This document shows positions 51,080-51,954 of a DNA stretch of 51,954 bases, piece after piece. Both the position numbers and the translations under genes were made by a program. This DNA is from Nemertoderma westbladi (lineage: Eukaryota > Animalia > Xenacoelomorpha). Positions within the stretch are counted from its first letter, which is position 1. Each line of letters opens with the position of its first letter. Location of the stretch: positions 1 through 51,954 of the forward strand of contig JAUCBJ010003725.1 of the NCBI GenBank assembly GCA_032718475.1, in the 5' to 3' direction. The notes beneath the pieces were generated by a model. The model made no database searches. It saw nothing but the letters and a program-made list of their open reading frames with translations, and was not told the DNA's origin.

Positions 51080-51538
51080 CCCCTCGAATAAACGCCCCCT
51101 CGAATTAACGCCCCCCTTACCATCAAATTAGCAACTTAAACGCCTTCCCCGAATAAACGCCCCGGCGTTTAATAATATTACAATGTGGGGCGTTAACATT
51201 GTTGAGAGTTAACTGATTGTTAAGACTGAAGGTAAATGTAGTAGGGTGTTGTACCGCTGTAATAGGCTGCATTGTAATAAAGATAATCCTGGTTTATTTG
51301 AATTATTTCATTTGTTTAACTTGTTTTCTTGAATTTAACAACATTCTTTATTAGGGTATTTAGATTCAAAATGCTGAAAATCTAGAACATAAACACCCCC
51401 ACTCGAACCACACAATTTGGAACTTAAACGCCTTCCCCGAATAAACGCCCCCCCCCCCCCCCTCCCCCGAATAAACGCCTCCCCAATTGGCAATTTATAA
51501 ACTTAAACGCCCAGGCTCTTATTCGAGTAAATACGGTA
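51080..51538. mobile_element. Partial Tc1/mariner-pogo-like MITE
   Basis: Repeated cgaataaacgcccc motifs; right terminus cttattcgagtaaatacgg followed by TA; left TIR not found. Confidence 0.55.
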
Positions 51539-51889
51539 TTTATATATATAAAACAATTGCCTGCCACATTTTAACAAAAGTTAAAAGTTAAAAGCCTGCC
51601 GCTTTAATTGAAATACTGTTAACCAGAATGAATGATGAGAATAACTTCTGCTAATTATGTGCTTGTTGTGTTGGTGACACTGACCATGGTAGTGAATGTC
51701 AATGTTGTTGAATAAAAGGTAAATCTCCAGAAAAGAAACAAACTATAAAAAAGCCCTATCAATTATTGATTGAAAAGAAACTGGTAATTATAAATTTATA
51801 TGCCTCTCTCTGCACAGTAGCTACCGAAATCACTAACTAACTAATATGGTTGAACATAACTATTGTTCTGCTAGACTTGGCAGAGCAGA

Positions 51890-51895
51890 GGGGGT

Positions 51896-51930
<35 letters not shown>
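51890..51930. repeat. Poly-G tract (similar C/G tracts at ~14104, 14380, 43709 and 51062)
   Basis: Homopolymer runs of roughly 20-35 nt. Confidence 0.9.
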
Positions 51931-51932
<2 letters not shown>

Positions 51933-51954
51933 ATCGAGGTCAATAACAGATAAC

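Noticed and set aside
50096-51131. Gly-rich 208-aa ORF resembling a structural protein
   Set aside because: Non-ATG start, frame changes with 23/24-bp unit variation, and no signal peptide or splice support

Overview
AT-rich, repeat-dense eukaryotic genomic DNA, probably from an invertebrate animal (inferred from spliceosomal introns, gene types and repeat types). Two real protein-coding genes are supported, both on the minus strand. The first is a type II membrane M1-family aminopeptidase (aminopeptidase N-like); its first 330 codons (991->1) run off the window and are absent from the ORF track. The second is a two-exon, 359-aa class A (rhodopsin-like) GPCR whose DRY motif is split by a 3,577-bp GT-AG intron. 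Nearly all other listed ORFs are artefacts of about a dozen unrelated 21-41-bp minisatellites. The rest of the window holds a 4.7-kb satellite with higher-order structure, MITE-like elements (Harbinger-, Mutator/foldback-, piggyBac-, hAT- and pogo-like), and three decayed RTE-like LINE 3' ends. Upstream of the GPCR lies a nested ~23-kb tandem triplication whose copies provide filled and empty sites for a 1.43-kb Helentron-associated (HINE-like) element. I found no convincing evidence of a wholly new biological system. The best leads are the mosaic triplication, the HINE with empty sites, and a two-box conserved motif reused in different repeat contexts. All translations, counts and alignments were done by eye, so boundaries may be off by a few bases.
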